A DNA stretch of 61,512 nucleotides, the filler included, from Nitrospinota bacterium (GTDB taxonomy: Bacteria > JADFOP01), in the NCBI GenBank assembly GCA_022562795.1. It is 3 parts of 3 records of this genome, joined end to end, with 100 filler letters (N's around TTAATTAATTAA, not from the genome) between each part and the next. Parts side by side here need not be neighbours in the genome. Positions count along the whole stretch, not along the records: positions 1 to 27,510 come from JADFOP010000028.1; 2 more parts are not named here. One strand, 5' to 3'. Shown piece after piece: positions 1 to 8,389 of this stretch; position 1 is the stretch's first letter; every line of letters begins with the position of its first letter. A program made the position numbers and the translations under genes. Under the pieces are notes generated by a model that saw only the letters and a program-made list of their open reading frames with translations, made no database searches and was not told the origin of the DNA.

Positions 1-88
1 GTAGGGACAGGCCTTGTCCCTGTCCGCGGACAGCCGTAAAGGCCGTCCCTACACCCCGGGTAGTCGGGGTCGCCCCTGACCCCAACAC
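1..88. repeat. GTAG-type REP palindrome cluster
   Basis: GTAG+GGACAGG..CCTGTCC hairpin, inverted GGAC..GTCC+CTAC copy, then GTAG+TCGGGGTC..GACCCCAAC; same units recur at ~15570, ~46450 and ~60400. Confidence 0.8.
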
Positions 89-173
89 GGCCCGTTCTTG
101 CATATTGAGGATGGGCGGAGGGGCCTGGTGGTGAAAGGCCTGGCCTGCGGCGAAGGGGATGATGGGACCGGAT

Positions 174-1019
174 TCAGTCGGCAACATCTTTAGCACTGGC
201 GTCACTTACCCCTCTAAAATTCTGGAGATGTGACTCCGCGAAATTTTCGACCGCTTCATAAAGGGAATCATGTGCGCTATCAACATCTGCCTCAGTCCCC
301 GTTTTCTCATCAAATAAATCAAACGTCATACGAACGAATCCTGCAGCTGTTAACATGTAATCTGGTTCCCCTGGGAGAGAGGGATCAACCGGAATGCCGT
401 GATGACGATGTAGCGGGTTTCGGCATATATCAAGATTACATTTTCCGACATGGTTCCACATACTATGAGTCGTGGAACTAAATGGAGCGTATGCAAAGCG
501 GTGTACATCTATACACTCAGCATCTTCCGCCATTTTCCTGGTATCAACACCAGACCAACTACCAACATTCACTTCGGTTAGAAAGGCGAACCTTTGTGAA
601 TTTAGCCACTCTTCTCTATTCCTAATTAGTGGATGTTCATCGACCTCTCCTTCACCATCAGCCTCTAGTTGAGCCTTCAAGTGTTCTATATATAATTTCT
701 CTTGCCCAAGACCATATGAGATGTACTCCTGTGATCTTTCGAAGGGCTCGCGAAATATCCAAGCGAAAGTTATATATGTATCCGCCATCGTTCTCAAAAC
801 AATAGGAGCAATGTGAGCATTCCAGATTGATGGAGAACCAGCAAGTTGCGTAGCCAATGTTACTTGTCTAGCCATGAGGGCTCCTATCACCTCCTGCATC
901 CGCCTGTTTGCCAAGTTAAGCGGCCAATTATTCCATCTCTCAGCCAGCTCAGTACGGACCATTCGGATGTAGGTTTCAAGAATGTTGTAAAAGTCTTCCA
1001 AAACTTTTCGGTCATCCAT
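174..1019 (-). CDS. DUF5677-like protein (possibly HEPN-related fold)
   Basis: AT-richer ORF; likely start MDDRK at 1019, just after the upstream stop (1031 is an alternative); LRTMAD..I..AWI and Y...S...H (YAPFSSTTH) motifs resemble DUF5677. Confidence 0.6.
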   Translation of the reverse strand: MDDRKVLEDFYNILETYIRMVRTELAERWNNWPLNLANRRMQEVIGALMARQVTLATQLAGSPSIWNAHIAPIVLRTMADTYITFAWIFREPFERSQEYISYGLGQEKLYIEHLKAQLEADGEGEVDEHPLIRNREEWLNSQRFAFLTEVNVGSWSGVDTRKMAEDAECIDVHRFAYAPFSSTTHSMWNHVGKCNLDICRNPLHRHHGIPVDPSLPGEPDYMLTAAGFVRMTFDLFDEKTGTEADVDSAHDSLYEAVENFAESHLQNFRGVSDASAKDVAD

Positions 1020-1020
1020 G

Positions 1021-1782
1021 TTACTCATCATCCCCACTAATTTCGCATGGTTCAAGTTCCAGACCTCTATTCCAAAAGTATCCTGGCCAAAATGAAGACT
1101 TATCGTAAAAATATTCTCCGAAGAATACATTGACCGTAGCACGAGCTCCACTAGCTATCATCTTTGACTCTAATGTATCTGGAAAATCGGCCACCGCCGG
1201 GAAATTAGCCATAGGGGTGCCTGCCGCGACCTTTAACTTGCCAGTAACAAACGCAACATAAACCGCATTAGCCTGTACACGTGTGGCTGGGGTATCCCAT
1301 CTATCGAAAAGTGTTGAGACTACTTCTTTTAACGCTTCTAGATGTCCTCTGGAGTCCTTAGGTTCAGGTAGTTTCCCCTCAAATAAAAAATTGAGAGGAC
1401 AATCTGGATAGAAAGCACCAAGGGGAATAATTGCTTTTCTCAATGATTCTAAGTGCCTCGATTCTTTAAGCGTTCTTGTTACTACGCTCCTTTGTTCTAC
1501 GGTAAGACTACCGTATGAGCTTGTTGGCGCAAACCAGAGTTTCGGGACCTCGTCAAATGTTTCCACTGCCGCTTTGGCCAAAGATAATGCTAGGTCTGCT
1601 CCTTCCGTGAAACCGAAACGTCTGTTTAAAAGGCCTATCCACAATAGTTCTGGAAGAACGCAATCGGGCCAATTAGCCTCCTCATACTGGCCCAGTTTGT
1701 GAAGAAAGGGGGGCCTAAATCGCTTTCCCACTTGATGATGGTCTGCTAGAATTCTTTTGTTTTCTTTATTTTGTTTACCCAT
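1021..1782 (-). CDS. hypothetical protein, 253 aa
   Basis: Long ORF in AT-richer DNA, directly abutting the downstream gene; no recognisable motif. Confidence 0.7.
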   Translation of the reverse strand: MGKQNKENKRILADHHQVGKRFRPPFLHKLGQYEEANWPDCVLPELLWIGLLNRRFGFTEGADLALSLAKAAVETFDEVPKLWFAPTSSYGSLTVEQRSVVTRTLKESRHLESLRKAIIPLGAFYPDCPLNFLFEGKLPEPKDSRGHLEALKEVVSTLFDRWDTPATRVQANAVYVAFVTGKLKVAAGTPMANFPAVADFPDTLESKMIASGARATVNVFFGEYFYDKSSFWPGYFWNRGLELEPCEISGDDE

Positions 1783-1997
1783 GAAAGAATTACATCCTTT
1801 TCAAACCATATGCACTCCCGTTCGGCCCATCTCCTCATTCTCGGACTATGTTGGTGACGGTTTGTGCTATTAGAGCTTTATCAGAGAGCGATAATAACGT
1901 CAACGGGTATAACCTCCGACGTAACAGCGCAAGCGCTTTTATAATTTTTTTGAAGACCGGCTTCCGGGGAGGCGTTTCTCCTTCCTCCCCCCACCCG

Positions 1998-2807
1998 CTA
2001 CTTGACCAGGTCGTGGAAAATCCAGCCGGGGCGGCCGTCGCTCAAGCGGACCTTCATCCATCCGTACCGGAGGTGGGATGAAGCCGCCCGAACCGTATCG
2101 CCCCTCTTGAGGGTTGCGGCCACCGGGTAGGCGAGCCCGAAGCCTTCTCGGACGTTGGCCTCCCAGTTGACGACCTGAACCTTCGTGAGCTCCCCGGTGA
2201 GGAAATCAGCGTTGCCCCGCGGGTCCTTTAGCTCGGCGAGCTCCCGCTCCACCTCCCGCGTCACGTTCCTGAGATGCTCGCTACGCTCCTCGCCCCAAAG
2301 CGCGTTGGCGGACACCGCATCGGCGGCCCGCTTGAGGGCCGCCACCGCCCGGGTGAGTCGAAAGACGTCCTCCTTCGTCTCCGGCCGGAGATTCGGCTCG
2401 GCGAAAGATCGGTGGGCCCCGGAGCGGTGGACTATGGCGATGTTTTCGTGGGCCACATCAAAGGTTGGGATGATGGCAACCGCCCGCTGGAAGGCATCGA
2501 GGGCTTCATTCGGCCTCCCCATCCCGGCGTCCAGCACCAGGCCCCTAAGATAGTGGAGGTAAGCGCACTCAGGGGTTGCCGTGAGGCCCTCCTCAACGAT
2601 GGCGAGCCTCACGACGGCTGGCGTGCGAGTCCACTCAAGGGCGGCCGCCCGCTCCGGCTGGCGGGCCAGGGCCTCCTGATAACAGCGGTCCTGGTTTGTC
2701 TCGGCCGCGGAGCCCCCGGACGCCCAGGTCAGCGCAAGGAGGAGAACAACGCCTGCGCGCAAAAACGCCCTCACGAGGGCTCCTCTCTCGATACGCTCCC
2801 GCAACAA
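1998..2807 (-). CDS. exported TPR + C-terminal SH3b-like domain protein
   Basis: Hydrophobic signal peptide; TPR (YLRGLVL..GRPNEALDAFQRAV..P); C-terminal ANVREG..V..L..G..GWMKV..GWI SH3b pattern; start may lie further downstream. Confidence 0.7.
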   Translation of the reverse strand: MLRERIERGALVRAFLRAGVVLLLALTWASGGSAAETNQDRCYQEALARQPERAAALEWTRTPAVVRLAIVEEGLTATPECAYLHYLRGLVLDAGMGRPNEALDAFQRAVAIIPTFDVAHENIAIVHRSGAHRSFAEPNLRPETKEDVFRLTRAVAALKRAADAVSANALWGEERSEHLRNVTREVERELAELKDPRGNADFLTGELTKVQVVNWEANVREGFGLAYPVAATLKRGDTVRAASSHLRYGWMKVRLSDGRPGWIFHDLVK

Positions 2808-2812
2808 GCCGG

Positions 2813-3046
2813 TTAGGGCTCCATGCAGAACATGGTGTGGGTGGCCTCGATGCCCTCGATGGTGCGGATCTGATTGTAGACGATCTTAAGGACGTCCTCG
2901 GCAGTATCGCCCTTAACGGTCGCCACCACATCGTAGAGACCGCTCACCAGGAATACGTCCGAAGCCCCTTTGACCCCTTGGAGGGTTTGGGCTGACTCTG
3001 TATCAAGCCCAGCCTCGGTGTTTATTAAAATCAGTGCTAGCGCCAT
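2813..3046 (-). CDS. stand-alone Lrp/AsnC ligand-binding (RAM) domain protein
   Basis: 77 aa; ALILIN..G..VSGLYDVVA..IRTIEGIEATHT pattern; GGAGG RBS. Confidence 0.85.
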   Translation of the reverse strand: MALALILINTEAGLDTESAQTLQGVKGASDVFLVSGLYDVVATVKGDTAEDVLKIVYNQIRTIEGIEATHTMFCMEP

Positions 3047-3199
3047 GGGTTTGCCTCCTTGCCTTCGCGCCGTCGGTGCAATACGGCGAAGGGGTGGGAT
3101 GTGAGATTCGAAAAAGGGCCGACGGCCCTACCTCCAAACCTGGTACGCTTTTAATATAGCGCTGCTTTCGGTGAAATTGCAACGAGACGGCGGGGAAGA

Positions 3200-3982
3200 T
3201 CAGCCGCCGGGCAGGCAGAGCCGCTCGATAGAGAGCGCCCGGCCCGTGGACTCATCCACCTCGATGATGCAGGCGGAGAACTGGGACGGGCCGCTTGCGG
3301 TCTCCATCTTCTGGGGCTGGAGCGTTAGGAAACGCTTCAGGGCGAGCTCCTTGATCACGCCGATGACGCTCTCGGAAGGGCCGGTCATGCCGACGTCTGT
3401 GATGTAGGCGGTCCCGCCGGGCAGGATACGTTCGTCGGCGGTCTGGACGTGGGTATGGGTGCCGATGACCACCGAGGCCCGCCCGTCGAGATAGTAGCCC
3501 ATGGCCTGTTTCTCGCTCGTGGCCTCGGCGTGCATGTCCACGACGATGACCCGGGCGGCCTCGGCGAGCGCCGGCAACAGATCGTCGGCGGTCCGAAACG
3601 GACAGTCGTAGGATGCCATGAAGACCCGGCCCGAGAGGTTGAGGACAGCCACGGGAACGCCGCCGGGCGTCTCAGCGACGATTGAGCCGAACCCGGGCTG
3701 CGCCGGGGGGTAGTTTGCGGGCCGTAGCAGCCTGCGTTCGGTATCGATGACTTCCATGACCTCACGCTTGTCCCAGATGTGGTTGCCGCTGGTGAGCACA
3801 TCGATGCCGTAGGCGAAGAGCTGCTTGAGTATCGAGGGGGTCACGCCGAATCCCCCGGCTGCGTTCTCACAGTTGGCGATGGTGAGGTCCACGTTGCGGC
3901 TGTCAATGAGGCCGTAGAGGTGCTCGGCCACGGCCCTGCGGCCTGGCTTGCCCACGATGTCGCCGATAAAGCAGATCCTCAC
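3200..3982 (-). CDS. ymdB: YmdB-family metallophosphoesterase
   Basis: GDIVG, NCEN, TSGNH, DMHAEATSEK and GTHTH motifs; downstream of rny. Confidence 0.95.
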   Translation of the reverse strand: MRICFIGDIVGKPGRRAVAEHLYGLIDSRNVDLTIANCENAAGGFGVTPSILKQLFAYGIDVLTSGNHIWDKREVMEVIDTERRLLRPANYPPAQPGFGSIVAETPGGVPVAVLNLSGRVFMASYDCPFRTADDLLPALAEAARVIVVDMHAEATSEKQAMGYYLDGRASVVIGTHTHVQTADERILPGGTAYITDVGMTGPSESVIGVIKELALKRFLTLQPQKMETASGPSQFSACIIEVDESTGRALSIERLCLPGG

Positions 3983-4011
3983 TACGTCCTGGACTCCTTA
4001 TCTCCCTACGA

Positions 4012-5577
4012 TCAGCGCGCGAAATCAGTGGCCCTGGTCTCTCTGATAACGGTGACCTTGATCTCCCCCGGGTAGGCCATCTCGGCCTCGATTTTCTTGG
4101 CAATATCCCTGGCCAGCAAGTAGGTCTCTTTGTCGGGGATCGCCTCCGGCTCAACAAGGACCCGCACCTCACGACCCGCCTGAATGGCGTACGTGCTCCT
4201 CACCCCACGGAAGGAGTTGCCAACCTCCTCGAGCTGTGTGAGGCGCTTGATGTGGGACTCCAACATCGCCCGGCGCGCCCCCGGGCGTGCCGCGCTCAAG
4301 GTGTCGGCGGTGGAGACGAGGACCGCTTCGATGCACGTAGGCTCCTGGCCCTCGTGATGGCTGGCTATAGCATCGAGAACCGGCTCGGGCTCGCCGTACC
4401 GGCGGGCGATATCGAGGCCTATCTCGACGTGGCTCCCCTTGGTCTGGTGGTCGATGGACTTGCCGATGTCGTGGAGCAAGCCCGCACGCCTGGCCATTGT
4501 TGCGTCAATGCCAAGCTCGGAGGCCATCATCCCGCACAAGTGCGCCACCTCTTTGACGTGCTTTAGGCTGTTCTGGCCGTAAGAGGTCCGGTACTTGAGC
4601 CGGCCCACGAGCTTGATGATTTCGGGATGGAGCCCTTCGATCCCAAGCTCGAAAGCCGCCGCTTCGCCTTCCTCTTGAATGAGCTGATCCATTTCCTTCT
4701 TGACCTTGGCGACCATCTCCTCAATACGGCCCGGGTGGATGCGGCCGTCTTTGATGAGCCGCTCCAAGGCGATACGGGTGATCTCGCGTTTAACGGGATC
4801 GAAAGCTGAGAGGATGACCGCCTCGGGGGTGTCGTCAATGATGAGGTCGACGCCGGTGGCCGCCTCCAGGGCCCGTATGTTGCGCCCCTCGCGCCCGATG
4901 ATGCGGCCCTTCATCTCGTCGCTGGGCAAAGCGACAACGCTTACGGTAGACTCCACCACCATATCCGTCGCACAGCGCTCCATGGCAATGCTGAGGATAT
5001 TCTGGGCCTTCTTTTCCGCGGTGGCAGCCGTTTCTTCATCGATTTTCCGGAGACGGTTGACTGCGTCGCGCCGCGCCTCGTCTGTAAGCCGCTCGATTAT
5101 CTCAGCCTTGGCGTCCTCTCGGCTCAGGCCGCTCATCTCCTCGAGGACAACTATGTGGCGGTCAACGAGACGCTGGGCCTCGGCCTGCCTTGCGGCCAGC
5201 ACCTCCCTGTTCTCTTGGAGAGTCTTTTCCTGCTCCCTAATCTCTTGGTCTTTCGTCTCAATATAATCCGCTTTCTTATCGAGGATTTCCTCCTTCTTTG
5301 ACATCCGCCGCTCGAGGTCCAAGAGCTCCTGCCGTCGGTCCTTCGTCTTGCTTTCAAAATCCTGCTGGGCCTGGTAGATGAGCTCCTTCGCCTCTATACG
5401 AGCCTCCTTGCGGAGCGTCTCGGCTTCCCTCTCGGCCGCGGAGCGAATCTGAACGGTCTCTGCCTTCGCACCCTTGACCCGTCGGGCCGCGATCACCTTA
5501 TGGACGAGTATCCCTAAAGCTAACCCTACTATGGGTATAGCGAATAATATCGCCGGGTGGACGAGTATTGGGCTCAC
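4012..5577 (-). CDS. rny: ribonuclease Y
   Basis: N-terminal TM, coiled coil, KH (KGRIIGREGRNIR), HD (LLHDIGK), C-terminal AIQAGREVRV. Confidence 0.97.
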   Translation of the reverse strand: MSPILVHPAILFAIPIVGLALGILVHKVIAARRVKGAKAETVQIRSAAEREAETLRKEARIEAKELIYQAQQDFESKTKDRRQELLDLERRMSKKEEILDKKADYIETKDQEIREQEKTLQENREVLAARQAEAQRLVDRHIVVLEEMSGLSREDAKAEIIERLTDEARRDAVNRLRKIDEETAATAEKKAQNILSIAMERCATDMVVESTVSVVALPSDEMKGRIIGREGRNIRALEAATGVDLIIDDTPEAVILSAFDPVKREITRIALERLIKDGRIHPGRIEEMVAKVKKEMDQLIQEEGEAAAFELGIEGLHPEIIKLVGRLKYRTSYGQNSLKHVKEVAHLCGMMASELGIDATMARRAGLLHDIGKSIDHQTKGSHVEIGLDIARRYGEPEPVLDAIASHHEGQEPTCIEAVLVSTADTLSAARPGARRAMLESHIKRLTQLEEVGNSFRGVRSTYAIQAGREVRVLVEPEAIPDKETYLLARDIAKKIEAEMAYPGEIKVTVIRETRATDFAR

Positions 5578-6224
5578 AGCGTCTCCACCTCCTTCTCCTT
5601 CCGGGCCGTAAGTTGTGGCTCCGGCAACGGCCCTCCGGATTGTCTGCGGCAGTCAAGAATCCGCCTCTCGGTACAGATGAAATCCATTGGCACATCGTGC
5701 TCTTCGGCCGGCAGGGCCGGCTGAAGCTGACATTCAAACGCCAGGGCAACGACCACGCTTTCCGGGGCGCGACGGCTCAAGAGCCGGTCGAAGTAGCCAC
5801 GGCCCGTGCCGCATCGTCTGCCTGAGGGATCGAAAGCCACCCCAGGTACGATGAAGCAGTCCACCGCCTCAGCCTCGAGGGGCGGGGCTGCTCCTAGGCG
5901 GGGCTCCTCGATGCCAAAGGCGCCGAGTTCCACCTGTCCCTCCAGAGCCTCGATGGGGTAAAGTTCCAGGCGTCCCTCGGCGGCCACCCGAGGCACGACC
6001 ACACGGCAGCCGACCTCCAGGGCTCGGCCCACCAAAGGTCGGGTCTCCACTTCCTCGGCCGTAGCGAGGTAGAAGCAGACCGTCGCTTCGGGGCGGATAA
6101 CATCGAGGCGTGAAAGCCTCTGGCTCACAGCCTCGCTACTTCGGCGCCGCTCTTCCGGGCTCATCTGACTGCGTCGCAACCGCGCCGCTTCACGGAAGCC
6201 GGCCTTGGGCATCATCAACTCCAC
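5574..6224 (-). CDS. ygfA: 5-formyltetrahydrofolate cyclo-ligase
   Basis: VPGVAFD..GRRCGTGRGYFDR and HDVPMD motifs; classic position downstream of 6S RNA. Confidence 0.92.
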   Translation of the reverse strand: MELMMPKAGFREAARLRRSQMSPEERRRSSEAVSQRLSRLDVIRPEATVCFYLATAEEVETRPLVGRALEVGCRVVVPRVAAEGRLELYPIEALEGQVELGAFGIEEPRLGAAPPLEAEAVDCFIVPGVAFDPSGRRCGTGRGYFDRLLSRRAPESVVVALAFECQLQPALPAEEHDVPMDFICTERRILDCRRQSGGPLPEPQLTARKEKEVETL

Positions 6225-6265
6225 CTCGGCCCTACGCCAGGAGCATCGGCGCTGGGGTCTATGGA

Positions 6266-6718
6266 GCGCGGCGGCAGGTTGGAATGTGGTTAGGAAGTAG
6301 TTTGGTTGAGCCTAGCTGCTAAGAGGCAGAAGGCAGTCTGAGCCTTGAACCTTTAGCCATAACCAGGAGAGGACGGACGCGACGACTAGGGTCGGGCTGA
6401 GCCCTCCAGCACCCCAGCTGTTCGCTTACGGGGGCGACCAATTGCGCTGTCAAGCATTGAAGCTAATTCTCACCAATTCAGTAACCTTCCGTTAGGAAGG
6501 AATGACGAGAGTCGGGAATGCCCCTCCCTCTTGGGAAAGGAACCGAGCCGCTCCACTGTCGTCTTGCTAACCCTGTTGGGTTACAACAGCTGCGCCTCAA
6601 CGCAGCCTCTCCTTACAGACTTCCTAAACCAGCTTTCCTTGCAATCGCCTCGGCAAGGCCTAGTAGGGGGACTTAAGGCCCCGCGGCCTGCTCGAGCCTG
6701 AGGCAGCCACCGCCGCCT
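6266..6718 (-). ncRNA. putative large structured non-coding RNA, family unknown
   Basis: No long ORF; four nested long-range helices (6268-6274/6710-6716, 6288-6298/6619-6630, 6365-6372/6606-6613, 6381-6386/6558-6563) plus many local hairpins with cUAACg and GAGA loops on the minus strand. Confidence 0.6.
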
Positions 6719-6772
6719 CGTGAACGCTCAAAGGGAACCCCTGGGGAGCCCCTTTCACACCATTAATAATAA

Positions 6773-6951
6773 AACCCCCACCCTAGCCGTGCGGCACCAA
6801 ATTTTGAACCTGGCTTAACCAGGTGGGTGCCCCCTGACCGGCTTTAGGCTCCCCTCTCGCGGAGGGTTTGCTCACCACCGTCCAAGCGGGGCTCCCCTTT
6901 TTAGGCTGTTGGCTCAAAATTTGTGTACCCACACGCACTTGGGTAGGGGTT
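6773..6951 (-). ncRNA. ssrS: 6S RNA
   Basis: Terminal stem AACCCCTACCC/GGGTGGGGGTT; GAGCC..GGCACCCACCTGG..CCAGGTTCAA signature; ~180 nt; upstream of the cyclo-ligase. Confidence 0.92.
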
Positions 6952-6964
6952 AAACACCGAAGGC

Positions 6965-6993
6965 ATTATAGACCCAGGGAGGGGGCCTTGCAA
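6965..6993 (-). promoter_or_regulatory. sigma70 promoter of 6S RNA
   Basis: Minus strand TTGCAA-17 bp-TATAAT just upstream of the 6S 5' stem. Confidence 0.85.
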
Positions 6994-7185
6994 GAAAAAA
7001 ACGGCTTTTGGGCGAAAACCCTCTTTTTCCATTGCTCGAACTATGGGGCGGCTTATTGCAGCAAAGAGGCAATCGGCGCGAAGAAGGCATAGGGACTGAA
7101 TCCCTTCGGTTTCCTGCCTGTCGGACGACCAGGGAAAAAGGGCTGGACACTCAGCCATCGGCCTGTTACAACCCTGTGGTGAAGC

Positions 7186-8382
7186 GTGCCGCGCCAATTT
7201 GTCATGCCGACGGAGGCGCCCATGACTCTGCGGGAAGACAACGAATCCTCGACACAGACGCCCCGTGAAACGGCTCCCGAACCCACCCCGCCAAGCATTC
7301 CTCTGACAGTGGCAATGCTCGCCGGCCTCATTGTCCTTACCTCCATTGCCTGGCGGGTAGACTCCAGACTGCACTCCAGCCTATTCAAGAAACCTGCTAC
7401 CGCCGTGGCACGTGTCGGGCGAACCGAGGTCGCCAAGGAGCCCCTCATCGAGGACCTCCCCCGGCCGGAGCAGAAAGCGGAAGAACCCCCCGTCGCCCCA
7501 GAGGAGCAATTCGCCCCAGAGGAACGTTTCGCCCCAGAGGAGCGTTTCGCCCCCGAAGATATGAAACCCCCTGTCGCCGAGGGGGCGCCACTTACAGAGG
7601 CCGACCGCTATTTTTTGCAAGCGACAAGCGACTACGAGGCCAAGGACTACAAGGCGGCAGCGGAGGCGCTTCGCCAAGGGCTCGCCCTGGAGCCCGACAA
7701 CACCGTCCAGCAGGCAATGTTCGCAATGGTGCTCTCGTACCAGGAGAGGTGGGCTGAGTCGGCTGAGGCATACCGCAAGGCCCTCAAAGGGCAGCCTAAC
7801 GACGCGCTGCTCCACCTCGGGTTGGGCGTGGCCCTCCACCGCCAGGAGCGGCCTCAGGAGGCCGTGGAGAGCATGGAGCGGGCAGTGGCCCTCAATCCCG
7901 AGCTGGAGGAAGCTCATCGGATGTTGGAATTCCTGACCCGAGAGCCGGAAGGGACGCTAGAGAAGGTTTGGTTTGAACACAACGTCCAGATTAAGGGATG
8001 GGAGGGATTTTGGATTCACGCAGCCTGCACGGCCAACTTCTGGAATAAACGCCAGGGTGTGCTACGGGTGGCCTTCTATCACGAGGACGGACGGCCGGTC
8101 TACGGCATCTTCTCCAATTTTGTCCTCACCAACGGCCAGGCGGTTATTGAAGGGCACTTTACACCACCCCACCGAAAGACACGGTATAAGGACCTCCACC
8201 TCTTTTTTCCCTATAAAGGGCTACGCCTCGGCGAAGGCGATCATCGCCTAAAAGCCCAATTGGAACTGGAGGGTCCAACAGGAGGGGTTCTCGCAACGCA
8301 GTGGGCGTCGATCATGCTGGAAGTGCTGGAGACAGCCTATAATGGGGCGGTGGAAGAGGCTCGCTCCTCGTCTGTTCCTTAA
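7186..8382 (+). CDS. membrane-anchored TPR protein with C-terminal beta-rich domain
   Basis: TM helix near aa 40-57; Pro/Glu linker with APEERF repeats; about three TPR units. Confidence 0.75.
   Translation: MPRQFVMPTEAPMTLREDNESSTQTPRETAPEPTPPSIPLTVAMLAGLIVLTSIAWRVDSRLHSSLFKKPATAVARVGRTEVAKEPLIEDLPRPEQKAEEPPVAPEEQFAPEERFAPEERFAPEDMKPPVAEGAPLTEADRYFLQATSDYEAKDYKAAAEALRQGLALEPDNTVQQAMFAMVLSYQERWAESAEAYRKALKGQPNDALLHLGLGVALHRQERPQEAVESMERAVALNPELEEAHRMLEFLTREPEGTLEKVWFEHNVQIKGWEGFWIHAACTANFWNKRQGVLRVAFYHEDGRPVYGIFSNFVLTNGQAVIEGHFTPPHRKTRYKDLHLFFPYKGLRLGEGDHRLKAQLELEGPTGGVLATQWASIMLEVLETAYNGAVEEARSSSVP
7495..7557 (+). repeat. 18-bp tandem repeat, 3.5 copies, encoding APEE(Q/R)F
   Basis: GCCCCAGAGGAGCAATTC / GCCCCAGAGGAACGTTTC / GCCCCAGAGGAGCGTTTC / GCCCCCGAA. 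Confidence 0.85.
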
Positions 8383-8389
8383 CTTGTAG

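Noticed and set aside
1020-1151. N-terminal extension of the 174..1151 ORF
   Set aside because: Overlaps the upstream gene by ~130 nt; a start at 1019 or 1031 is more plausible
6260-6760. RNase P, tmRNA, group I/II intron or second 6S as identity of the structured region
   Set aside because: No GAGGAAAGUCC/CR-V, no tRNA-like ends or tag ORF, no recognisable P7 or domain V; only a short GGUUCAAG resembles 6S. Judged by eye; needs cmscan
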